DNA of 61,298 nucleotides, from positions 128,001-189,298 of the forward strand of contig NZ_KE383880.1 of the NCBI RefSeq assembly GCF_000422585.1, in the 5' to 3' direction. Positions within the stretch are counted from its first letter, which is position 1; each line of letters begins with the position of its first letter. The notes below the pieces were generated by a model. That model was not told the origin of the DNA. It saw only the letters and a program-made list of their open reading frames with translations, and searched no databases. Source of the DNA: Hugenholtzia roseola DSM 9546. Its GTDB lineage: Bacteria > Bacteroidota > Bacteroidia > Cytophagales > Bernardetiaceae. Shown piece after piece: positions 49,668-58,400 of this stretch. Both the position numbers and the translations under genes were made by a program.

Positions 49668-50414
49668 ATGAAAAAAACAACTTATGGCGTTCCCAAAAAA
49701 CGCGAAGCCGTCATAGAAGCCTTGCAAAATGCTTTCAGCAATCAGAATTTAGACGAAGAAGAGTACATCAACCGTTTAGATGAAGCCATGAAAGCAACCA
49801 GCATAGAAGAGCTTGAATTGGTCTTGTTTGATTTTCCTACCGAGGTAAAAGCAGCCATCTTTCAAGCCTCAACCCCCCAAGAGGGACAAAATGCCCTTGC
49901 GGGAAATGAGTGGGCAGATGTTTCAAGTATGAAACCATATCAAAGTCAGATGCCTGACTATCAGAATGTTATGCCAAAAGATGTAAAAGATATTCTTAGC
50001 TCGAATCGCCACCAAATCGAGCTTTTAGATGGGAAGGGCTTGCAGGTGAGCAATTTTTTTAGTAGCCAAAAAATAGATTTAAGACGGGCGCAAATGGTGG
50101 GCAATCGCCTGCGCCTTGAAGTAGAATGTGTAATGGGCGAAACGGTAGTAGATTTGAGAAGCGAAGCCTTACAAGGGAAAACCATCGATTTGCATATCGG
50201 CGGTGCTATGGGTGAGGTTAAGATTTTGCTACCACGTGGCGGCGAAATCGTAAAACAAATGCAGCTTTATTTAGGCGATTTTAAAGTCAAAGATAAGCGC
50301 AAGGGCTGGCTGGCACGCCTAACGGGTACGCAATCGCAGGAAATCAATACGCTCAATTTCAAGATAATCTTACATGGCTCTTTTTGGTTAGGCGAAGTTT
50401 CAGTGGTCTATTAA
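49668..50414 (+). CDS. DUF1707-like N-terminal domain plus toastrack/LiaF-like C-terminal domain protein
   Basis: N-terminal KREAVIEALQNAFSNQNLDEEEYINRLDEAMKATSIEELELVLFDFP resembles DUF1707. C-terminal repetitive beta-strand region ...GKGLQVSNFFSSQKIDLRRAQMVGNRLRLEVECVMGETVVDLRSE... Confidence 0.4.
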   Translation: MKKTTYGVPKKREAVIEALQNAFSNQNLDEEEYINRLDEAMKATSIEELELVLFDFPTEVKAAIFQASTPQEGQNALAGNEWADVSSMKPYQSQMPDYQNVMPKDVKDILSSNRHQIELLDGKGLQVSNFFSSQKIDLRRAQMVGNRLRLEVECVMGETVVDLRSEALQGKTIDLHIGGAMGEVKILLPRGGEIVKQMQLYLGDFKVKDKRKGWLARLTGTQSQEINTLNFKIILHGSFWLGEVSVVY

Positions 50415-50512
50415 AATTTGAAAAAGCCCCCATAAACGCAGGCTTTTGCGTACCTTTGCGCTTTCCAAGTGAAAGAATTTATTTCTTTGTAAAACCGTTT
50501 TTCAACTAAATC

Positions 50513-51394
50513 ATGAACTGGATAGAAGCCATTTTATTGGGCATCATACAAGGACTCACCGAATTTCTGCCCGTCAGTAGCAGCGGACATTTGGAGTTAG
50601 GCAAATATTTTTTAGGCGTAGAAGATGGGGGCTTGCTCTTTTCTATTGTCGTGCATGCGGCTACGGCATTGGCTACTGTGGTGGTCTTTCGCAAAGATAT
50701 AGGTCTGATAATCAAAGGCTTAGTAGGGGGCTTGCGCCGTTTTGAGTGGAACGTAGAGGTACAATTTTCAACCAAAATCCTCATTTCGATGCTCCCTGTG
50801 GGCATAGTGGGCGTATTTTTTAAAGATTGGGTAGAGGAACTCTTTGAAGGCAAAATCGGTTTTGTGAGTTTGATGTTGGCACTGACAGGCTTATTCCTAC
50901 TCTTTACTCATTTACAAAGTAAATCAAAAGAAAGCGAAAAAAATCAAACTCAATCCGCTATTGGCGAAAGTGCAGAGAGTTTGCAAGCCCTTAACGCTTC
51001 TATCGGGTATAGGCAGGCGTTTGCGATTGGACTTATGCAGGCGTTTGCGGTGCTACCCGGCATTTCGCGCTCTGGGAGTACGATTGCGATAGGGCTGCTT
51101 TTGGGGGTGCATCGCGCACAGGTGGCGCGTTTTTCGTTTCTGATGGTGCTGCCGCCGATTGTAGGCGCAACGCTGCTCGAACTTCGCAGTTATTTCAAAC
51201 TTTTGCAGGCAGGCACTACGCCTACTTTGGGTCTTGATGTGTTGGGTTTGGGCTTTTTGGCAGCCTTTCTCTTTGGCTGGTTGGCGTGTATGGGCATGCT
51301 CGAATTGGTACGTCGTCAGAAATTGATTTATTTTGCGATTTATTGTTTACTAATATCTGTGGGCGTAGGTTTGTCATTTGTTCTAAAAAATTAG
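50513..51394 (+). CDS. uppP: undecaprenyl-diphosphate phosphatase
   Basis: MNWIEAILLGIIQGLTEFLPVSSSGHL..., the canonical BacA/UppP N-terminus. Confidence 0.9.
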   Translation: MNWIEAILLGIIQGLTEFLPVSSSGHLELGKYFLGVEDGGLLFSIVVHAATALATVVVFRKDIGLIIKGLVGGLRRFEWNVEVQFSTKILISMLPVGIVGVFFKDWVEELFEGKIGFVSLMLALTGLFLLFTHLQSKSKESEKNQTQSAIGESAESLQALNASIGYRQAFAIGLMQAFAVLPGISRSGSTIAIGLLLGVHRAQVARFSFLMVLPPIVGATLLELRSYFKLLQAGTTPTLGLDVLGLGFLAAFLFGWLACMGMLELVRRQKLIYFAIYCLLISVGVGLSFVLKN

Positions 51395-51465
51395 ACAAAA
51401 ATTAGGCAAAATCAGACTTCATCAGCCTTGCACAGGCTTCCCTTCATTTCTATCCCTTTCTTCCC

Positions 51466-52830
51466 ATGCGGCTCTCTCGGTTTTATTTCTATCGCACACA
51501 ACTGCGGCTTTCCCTTCCGATAATGTTGGGTCAGATTTCGACGATTCTCATCTCGATTTCGGATACTTTGATGGTAGGAAAGTATAATAGCATTGATTTG
51601 GCAGGTGTGGCGTTTGCCAATAGCCTTTTTTATAGTGCTTTTGTCTTGGGTATAGGCATCTGTTTCGCGCTCAAACCCTTAGTTGCGAATGCTGATGCAG
51701 CCAAAAATCAGACTTTGGTGCAGATTTTTCTCCGCAATAGTGTGAGTTTGGGCATCTTATTGGGTGTGCTTTCTTGCCTTGCACTACTGTTGCTAACGCT
51801 TTTCGCGCCCTATATGGGGCAGGAAGAAGTGGTCTTGAAAGCGGCTCTACCTTACTTGCAAGTGATTGCCCTATCGATGATTCCGCTCTTTATGTTTGCG
51901 GTTCTTAAAGAGTTTAGCGAAGCCCTGCGGCTTCCCAAAATAGGCATGACGGTCAATATTTTAGGGAGTATCTTCAATATTTTGCTAAACTACTTACTTA
52001 TTTTTGGAAACTACGGCTTTCCCGAAATGGGTCTGATGGGTGCGGCTTGGGCAACTTTCATTTCGCGCGTCTTGATGCTTTTGATAATGGTAGTGGTATT
52101 TTTTCTAAATAAAAATCTATTCCCTTATGCAGCCAATTTATTTCGTCCGCTTTTTGATGGCGAAATTATAAGAAAAATCATCAACTTGGGTTTTCCTATC
52201 GGCATACAACTTTTTTCGGAAACTACTGCCTTTTCTGTGGCGGGGATTTTGGTAGGTATGATAAGCAAAGAGGCGATGGCGGCTCACCAAATTGTTCTCA
52301 ATGTGGCATCGGCGACCTTCCTGACGGCTCTGGGGCTTGCACAAGGCACGACGGTAAATGTAGCCAATTTGATGGGGAAAAAGCAGGCGCGTTTTGTAAG
52401 TCAGATGGGAAATTCCGCCCTCTTTTTAGCCTTAGGATTTATGTCGGTAACGGCTGCCTTGTTATTGATTTTTCGCCATGAAATCCCTTGGCTTTTTCTC
52501 AATGAAAACGACGTTTTAGCTCCACAAATTGCCCTAATTGCCAGTCATCTTTTTATTGCAGCAGGCTTTTTCCAACTTTCAGATGGCGCACAGGTGGTAT
52601 CAGCAGGCAATCTTAGAGGCTTAGAAGACACCAAAATTCCTACCTACATCACCCTTTTTGCCTATTGGGGCGTTGCCATTCCAGTAGGCTACCTCATGGC
52701 TTTTGGTCTTGATTGGGGCGCAATGGGCATTTGGATAGGCTTGTCCTTAGGACTTACGATTGCTGCCATTCTACTACTCCTTCGCTTTTGGCGATTGACA
52801 AGGCAAATAAATTTGAAAGAAGCAGAATAA
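51466..52830 (+). CDS. MATE-family efflux transporter
   Basis: 454 aa with 12 predicted TM segments and a NorM-like pattern. Confidence 0.8.
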   Translation: MRLSRFYFYRTQLRLSLPIMLGQISTILISISDTLMVGKYNSIDLAGVAFANSLFYSAFVLGIGICFALKPLVANADAAKNQTLVQIFLRNSVSLGILLGVLSCLALLLLTLFAPYMGQEEVVLKAALPYLQVIALSMIPLFMFAVLKEFSEALRLPKIGMTVNILGSIFNILLNYLLIFGNYGFPEMGLMGAAWATFISRVLMLLIMVVVFFLNKNLFPYAANLFRPLFDGEIIRKIINLGFPIGIQLFSETTAFSVAGILVGMISKEAMAAHQIVLNVASATFLTALGLAQGTTVNVANLMGKKQARFVSQMGNSALFLALGFMSVTAALLLIFRHEIPWLFLNENDVLAPQIALIASHLFIAAGFFQLSDGAQVVSAGNLRGLEDTKIPTYITLFAYWGVAIPVGYLMAFGLDWGAMGIWIGLSLGLTIAAILLLLRFWRLTRQINLKEAE

Positions 52831-52945
52831 AATTTGGACTTAAACCCTAAGGGTCTTGAAGACCCTTAGGGTTTGGGGTATAGGACAAGGCATGCTTTGT
52901 CCCTGCCTTAGTATAAAATTTTAGAACTTAACACTGATACGCTAA
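52826..52945 (+). repeat. MITE-like hairpin repeat, copy 5; overlaps the MATE stop codon
   Basis: aataaaatttggacttaaaccctaagggtcttgaagacccttagggttt...ggacaaggcatgctttgtccc...tttagaacttaacactg. It also carries an extra perfect 14-bp hairpin. Confidence 0.7.
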
Positions 52946-53100
52946 TAAGCGTTTTTGATATTTGCTTTTTCAAAGATAATATTTTAACTTTGCTACTGTA
53001 TCGAAGACAAAATCCTCTCTTTTTTTTGGTTTGTCAAATGCAGATATTTTGGATTTTGAATAGATTTCTTTTTTATTTGTAATTTATTAAAATTAAAAAC

Positions 53101-54684
53101 ATGACACCGAAAAATAAACTTTTTTATGGCGACAACTTAGAAGTTTTGAGAAAGCATGTCAAGGACGAAAGTGTAGATTTATGCTACATAGACCCGCCTT
53201 TTAATTCTAAACGAAATTACAACCAAATTTATAATAATATCGGAAAAGAAGACAAAGCACAGGCGCAGGCTTTTGTAGATACTTGGACTTGGAATGGTAT
53301 CGCAAATGAGGGTTTTGATGAAATTGTGAGCAATAAAAATGGTGTTTTTACAAAACAAAGTATCAACCTTATTTTGGGGCTTGAAAAAGTGCTGGGACGA
53401 GGAAGCCTCTTGTCTTATTTGGTGAGCATGACGCAGCGCATAGCCGAAATTTATCGAGTTTTGAAGCCGACAGGTTCATTTTACCTGCATTGCGACCCAA
53501 CGGCAAGCCATTATCTAAAATTGGTCTTAGATGCTATCTTCTGTTCACAAGGTGGAGATTTTAGAAACGAAATTGTTTGGCACTATCGAAGATGGACAAA
53601 TGTGCAGCAGCAGTTTCAAAGCATGCATGATATTATTCTTTTCTACTCGAAATCAAACAACTCAACTTTTAATTTTACGGAAGTTGATATGTCAGAAAAT
53701 CAAAAGAAAAAAGTTGCCAGAGGTTGGGATAGTAATGTTATTTCGTCAGATAAAGAGAAATATTCGCAGCTAATTGTCTATAATAAAGAAAAGTTTGAAA
53801 GTGCAGTAGAAAGTGGAAAATTAAATCCAGAAAAATATAAAAATATAATTTTTAGAGAAAAAGCAACAGTAGCAGCTTCTGACGTAATTATCCTGCCTTC
53901 TCTAAATTCACAAGCCAAAGAAAGATTAGGCTACCCTACTCAAAAACCTGAACAGTTATTAGAAAAAATTATCCAAGCCAGTTCAAACGAAGGCGATGTC
54001 ATTTTAGACTGTTATTGTGGCTGTGGCACAACGATAGCCGTTGCCGAAAGGCTCAATAGGCAGTGGGTAGGAATAGATATTACGTATCAATCTATTTCGC
54101 TGATAATGAAGCGTTTAGAAGATAGTTTTGGCAAGTCTGTGTTAGAAAAAATCACCTTATCGGGTATTCCCGAAGACATGGAGAGTGCCATAGCGTTAGC
54201 CAATAAACAAGACGACCGAACACGCAAAGAATTTGAAAAGTGGATAGTGCTGACCTACTCAAACAACCGCGCCGTCATTAACGACAAAAAAGGAGGCGAC
54301 GGCGGCATCGACGGAACAGCCTTTATCATAGATTACAACGAGGCGCAGGAGCAAGAATTTCAGCAAGTTCTCTTTTCTGTAAAATCCAACAAAAGCCTTT
54401 CGCCGACGGTCATTCGCGACTTGTATGGCACAGTAGAAAGAGAAAAAGCCGTTATGGGCTTTTTTCTAACCTTATACCCAATGCCCAACTTGGTAAAGGA
54501 AGCCGAAAAGTATGGCAATTATCAAAACAAAATGCTCGGTCAGACGTATCCGAAAATAACCGTTGTGAGTGTGCAGGAAATCTTGGCAGGCAAGCGCATG
54601 CATCTGCCCACAAGCGTAGAAGTTCTCAAAAAGGCTGTGCGAAAAGCACAAGATAACAATAACAAAGGATTTTTTAATGAATAA
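53101..54684 (+). CDS. beta-class N6-adenine/N4-cytosine DNA methyltransferase fused to a C-terminal Mrr-like PD-(D/E)XK nuclease domain
   Basis: Motif IV DLCYIDPPFNSK near the N-terminus. Motif I ILDCYCGCGTTIAV about 270 aa later (beta permutation). The C-terminal about 180 aa carries KKGGDGGIDGTAFIIDY...VLFSVKS, resembling the Mrr_cat core. Low GC. Confidence 0.7.
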   Translation: MTPKNKLFYGDNLEVLRKHVKDESVDLCYIDPPFNSKRNYNQIYNNIGKEDKAQAQAFVDTWTWNGIANEGFDEIVSNKNGVFTKQSINLILGLEKVLGRGSLLSYLVSMTQRIAEIYRVLKPTGSFYLHCDPTASHYLKLVLDAIFCSQGGDFRNEIVWHYRRWTNVQQQFQSMHDIILFYSKSNNSTFNFTEVDMSENQKKKVARGWDSNVISSDKEKYSQLIVYNKEKFESAVESGKLNPEKYKNIIFREKATVAASDVIILPSLNSQAKERLGYPTQKPEQLLEKIIQASSNEGDVILDCYCGCGTTIAVAERLNRQWVGIDITYQSISLIMKRLEDSFGKSVLEKITLSGIPEDMESAIALANKQDDRTRKEFEKWIVLTYSNNRAVINDKKGGDGGIDGTAFIIDYNEAQEQEFQQVLFSVKSNKSLSPTVIRDLYGTVEREKAVMGFFLTLYPMPNLVKEAEKYGNYQNKMLGQTYPKITVVSVQEILAGKRMHLPTSVEVLKKAVRKAQDNNNKGFFNE

Positions 54685-54761
54685 AACCTATGAATGTGGA
54701 AACTAATAGAAAAAACAGTTAAAAAATATTTTATATTCAATTAAATTCTGTTACGTTTTAT

Positions 54762-54868
54762 GAAAAGCCTTGTCTTTTCGAATTGGAAACGAAATAAAAT
54801 TTGGGTCTGAAAGCCTTTTTTATTTCAATCTCACTTCGGACAAGGCAGTGCCTTGTCCCTACAAAAGC
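54762..54868 (+). repeat. MITE-like hairpin repeat, copy 6
   Basis: gccttgtcttttcgaattggaaacgaaataaaatttgggtctgaaagcc...tttcaatctcacttcggacaaggcagtgccttgtccctac. Confidence 0.75.
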
Positions 54869-54904
54869 AAACGATTTTTTGGTGTAAAACAAGCCTCCTG
54901 AACC

Positions 54905-55026
54905 CCCACCCTGCCCTCCCCCCATAGGGGAGGGTTCGAAATACAAATCATTTTTTTGCATTTATGCAAAAAAATGATACCATATCAAAGCCCCTCCCTT
55001 TGGGGGAGGGGTTTGGGGCGGGGTGT
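54905..55026. repeat. composite palindromic element: two G/C-rich hairpins with G-quadruplex-type G-runs on both strands, flanking a perfect A/T palindrome
   Basis: ccctccccccataggggaggg (54914-54934), tttttttgcatttatgcaaaaaaa (54951-54974), cccctccctttgggggaggggtttggggcggggtg (54991-55025). The outer caccctgcc / ggcggggtg arms are also complementary. Confidence 0.5.
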
Positions 55027-55072
55027 ATTTGAAGCATCTGTCGCAGCCCTTTAAAGGGCGTTTAAAGCCTCT

Positions 55073-55897
55073 TTATTCAAATCGCATGTGCTTCATCGAT
55101 TGCCCTGTGCTTTCTATGCGTTTGAGCGTATCGATGCCAACAGAAAGGTGCTGCTCGGCAAATTTTGAAGTAACAATTTTATCACTTTTTGAAGTCTTGA
55201 TGCCTTCGGGAATCATGGGGTTGTCTGAAACCATCAAAAGCGCACCACGTGGGATTTCGTTGATAAATCCGACACTAAAAATAGTAGCCGTTTCCATGTC
55301 TATCGCCATGGCGCGTGTGCCACGTAGGTAGTTTTTAAAAGCCTCGTCGTGTTCCCAAACACGCCTATTGGTGGTATAAACTGTGCCTGTGAGGTAGTCC
55401 AGTTCTTTTTCACGAATGATAATGGAGGTTGTTTTATGGATACGGAACGAAGGCAGCGCAGGCACTTCCTGTGGCATATAGTCGTTGCTTGTCCCCTCGC
55501 CACGAATGGCAGCAATAGGTAGGATAAAATCGCCTAAATTTGTTTTTTTCTTCAAGCCGCCACATTTGCCCAAAAAAAGCAGGGCTTCGGGCTTAATCGC
55601 CATGAGCAAGTCCATGACGGTGGCAGCCATCGCGCTGCCCATGCCAAAATTGATGATGGTGATATTATCCGCCGTTGCCGTCTGCATGGGCTTATCGCGC
55701 CCCACTACTTCAACGCCAAATCGCTCGGCGAACATTTCTACATAGTTGATAAAATTGGTGAGCAAGACAAATTTCCCAAATTGTTCTAAGGGTTTGCCCG
55801 TATAACGCGGTAACCAATCCTGAACGATAGCAAGTTTCTGTTCTACATGGATTTGGTTGAAGTCGTCAGAAGAGAAGTTCGAGGGTGTGGTGTGCAT
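55073..55897 (-). CDS. short AMP-nucleosidase-like / PNP_UDP_1-family nucleosidase
   Basis: AIDMETATIFSVGFINEIPRGALLMVSDNP aligns with the E. coli Amn catalytic C-terminus (AIDMESATIA...GTLLCVSDKP). LFLGKCGG aligns with MIGHCGG. 274 aa. Confidence 0.7.
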   Translation of the reverse strand: MHTTPSNFSSDDFNQIHVEQKLAIVQDWLPRYTGKPLEQFGKFVLLTNFINYVEMFAERFGVEVVGRDKPMQTATADNITIINFGMGSAMAATVMDLLMAIKPEALLFLGKCGGLKKKTNLGDFILPIAAIRGEGTSNDYMPQEVPALPSFRIHKTTSIIIREKELDYLTGTVYTTNRRVWEHDEAFKNYLRGTRAMAIDMETATIFSVGFINEIPRGALLMVSDNPMIPEGIKTSKSDKIVTSKFAEQHLSVGIDTLKRIESTGQSMKHMRFE

Positions 55898-56049
55898 AAG
55901 ATAATTTTTAGGTTTTTGATTTTTAAAATTGTATAATTTTGACTTTTTAGGGCGCAGCAGCTACTACCTGCCCTTATAATACAAGAAAAGCCACCTTAAA
56001 AAGGCAGCCTGAAAGGGGGGTAGCACGCTTTTCTGGTGCAGCAGAAGGG

Positions 56050-57549
56050 TTAAAAAAAGGTCGGCTGGTCTTCTTCATACTTGATGATTTTTTTTATTTT
56101 TCCCGGTTGCGCCCAATTCATTGTACCTTCCATTTTTAAAGATAGCAAATAATTTTCGATTTTCTTATCCGCTAAGGCAGTTTGTATTCTTTTCGCTTCT
56201 GTCATTGACCTAATAGGAATAAAAGCCTGCAAAGATTGATTTGCCTGCCAATGTCCCTCGAAAATTGTTGGGTTGAATACCGTTTTACCGTAGGCTTCCC
56301 AAACGACTTTATAGGGGAAAAAGTTATATTCGCCCACCCCCAACATTGCCCACCAATACCCACGATTGAGCATCGCATTTAGCATCACCCCTTTTCGGGC
56401 TTTTAAAGTTTCTATGTTGTTTTCAAGGTAGCGTTGAAGTTTGGGGAAGGCTTGAATTTGCTTCCACTCCATTGGTTTTCCGTTGCTATTATAGGGCAGG
56501 AGTACCCATTTTGAAGGTGTAGGCGACTGATTTTTAAATGCTTTTGAGGTGAGTAGTGGAAATACAAACTTTTTAGGCAACTCAATATTTTTCTTATTTT
56601 TGTTAGAAAGGCTTACAAAATCTTTGTCTATTTCATTGAAAGTATCAAAAAAATAAACATCATTCGCACCACAGGTATTCACCCCTTGTCTGGGACTTGA
56701 TTCTCTTTTTACAAAGATAGGACTAAGCATCTCAAAATGCTTATCTTCTTCTTTGGAAAGAATACTCAAAGGGTCTGTTTGTTCAAAAAGTGGTTTTGCA
56801 ATATACTCATTCCAAAAACCTTTCTCATTTCTGAAATAAGGGATTGGAAAAGATGACTTTGTATCCCTGACAAAGTGTGCCAGCCCATAGCGCGTCGCGA
56901 CCCCTCCAAACACATCTTGGTCATTAAAATCAAAGATAGAATGAACACAATATTTGACTTCGCCAATTCGATAAGTTCTAAAACTTTTATTCGCGCCTTC
57001 ATTTAAAAACAGTGAAAGCGGTAAAAATACAATCGCTTCTCCTTTCTCTTTTAGAAAGTCTTTGATGGAAACTTGAACAATAAGGGCTGCTATATCAATT
57101 CTACTTCCCCCCAATAATAGATTTTGACTATTTCCTACTAAATCAAACTTAAAAAAGTAACTTTTTATTTGCTCTTTATAGCTTTCAGGTAAATCTACAA
57201 AATTTTGCCAAGGTGGATTACCAAATATTATATCATATCTTTTAGGAGTTAGCTTTAAAAAGTCTTCGTTGGTGAAATTTTGGGTCATATCTAAGCCATA
57301 TTTCTCTCTAAACTTATGCAGAGCTTGTGTGAAATAAACAGTATTTAATTCATTCCCAAAGAGTTTATTTATAGGAAGGCTTTCGAGAGAAAAACCCTTA
57401 GCCAAACCATAAGTAATAAGGGCTTCGAGCAGATTACCTTCACCCATAGTTGGGTCAAATACAGATGCACCTGCAAGCCATTTTGAAAATATATCGAACT
57501 TATCAATCGCAAACTCCCCCCATTTGAGCGGAGTAAAAACATCACCCAT
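56050..57549 (-). CDS. gamma-class N6-adenine DNA methyltransferase (Eco57I/TaqI-like)
   Basis: GDVFTP near the N-terminus. Motif I DPTMGEGNLL. Catalytic motif IV IIFGNPPWQ. The ORF track extends to 57666 and overlaps the upstream ORF; Met at 57549 (MGDVFTP) avoids the overlap. Confidence 0.7.
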   Translation of the reverse strand: MGDVFTPLKWGEFAIDKFDIFSKWLAGASVFDPTMGEGNLLEALITYGLAKGFSLESLPINKLFGNELNTVYFTQALHKFREKYGLDMTQNFTNEDFLKLTPKRYDIIFGNPPWQNFVDLPESYKEQIKSYFFKFDLVGNSQNLLLGGSRIDIAALIVQVSIKDFLKEKGEAIVFLPLSLFLNEGANKSFRTYRIGEVKYCVHSIFDFNDQDVFGGVATRYGLAHFVRDTKSSFPIPYFRNEKGFWNEYIAKPLFEQTDPLSILSKEEDKHFEMLSPIFVKRESSPRQGVNTCGANDVYFFDTFNEIDKDFVSLSNKNKKNIELPKKFVFPLLTSKAFKNQSPTPSKWVLLPYNSNGKPMEWKQIQAFPKLQRYLENNIETLKARKGVMLNAMLNRGYWWAMLGVGEYNFFPYKVVWEAYGKTVFNPTIFEGHWQANQSLQAFIPIRSMTEAKRIQTALADKKIENYLLSLKMEGTMNWAQPGKIKKIIKYEEDQPTFF

Positions 57550-57559
57550 GCGCAAGGCT

Positions 57560-58228
57560 TTATCTGACAAATCGGAAGTTCTGATATCCGCCATCTCTAA
57601 ATTGTTCAATTGATTTAATTCGTTTGTCTGCATCTGCCTTAACTCGTTTATAGTGGATTGTAGCAAGGTCGCAAAAAATATTAAAGAAATCTTGATAAGA
57701 CCTATTCCATTCTATCTCATCCCAGACCTGATTTATTGTATAATTAAGCCTCACTTGTCCTGTCCCCAAGTTTTCAATGCGATACATGTTTTGGGGCAAG
57801 CAGTGAAAAGGGGCAACACAGATGTACTCGATTTCTCTACTATTGTTTTTTGCAGTCGACCTATCATGTCCAAATTCGACAATCATAAAAATCCCTCTAT
57901 CATTTGCAAGAAATTTAAGAAGATTTCCGATAGCACATACACCACCGTCCGAATAACTTTTCGAATCCAAATCCTTGGTTTTAACATCAAACCCAAAAAG
58001 TTTGTTTTCAATGTTGCAAGCAAAATCAAAGATGGTTCTTCGTCCTGGTATATCAACCGTCTGATAACCTAAATTCGAACAAATCTTGTCCCAACTATCG
58101 GTTATTCTTTTTTCAATCATTGCACCAAACGCCCTGCTATCTTCTCTTGCGGAGATTCCTGACCGCATTTCTTCAAAAAGCGTTTCTATTTCAAGTTCAA
58201 TTCTCTTTGCTATTTTCTCGTAATCCAT
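57560..58228 (-). CDS. hypothetical protein, candidate PD-(D/E)XK restriction endonuclease partner of the adjacent MTase
   Basis: 222 aa, AT-rich, immediately upstream and co-oriented with the N6A MTase. IFDFACNIENKLFGFDVKTKD offers a D...(D)VK pattern compatible with a PD-DxK core. There is no recognisable family match by eye. Confidence 0.35.
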   Translation of the reverse strand: MDYEKIAKRIELEIETLFEEMRSGISAREDSRAFGAMIEKRITDSWDKICSNLGYQTVDIPGRRTIFDFACNIENKLFGFDVKTKDLDSKSYSDGGVCAIGNLLKFLANDRGIFMIVEFGHDRSTAKNNSREIEYICVAPFHCLPQNMYRIENLGTGQVRLNYTINQVWDEIEWNRSYQDFFNIFCDLATIHYKRVKADADKRIKSIEQFRDGGYQNFRFVR

Positions 58229-58400
58229 AGTCTAAGATTTAGCAAGGCGGGGAAAACAAAGGATAAGTCGTTATAAGGCTTTCTAAAAGCAAAGTCTAAA
58301 AAAAATTAAAGGTAGGTGTGTAAATTTCTGTTCAATAAGCCAAAATGGGAAAGTGATGGAAAATAGGAAGTCATAAAGAACAATCGGAAAGCTCGCCAAG

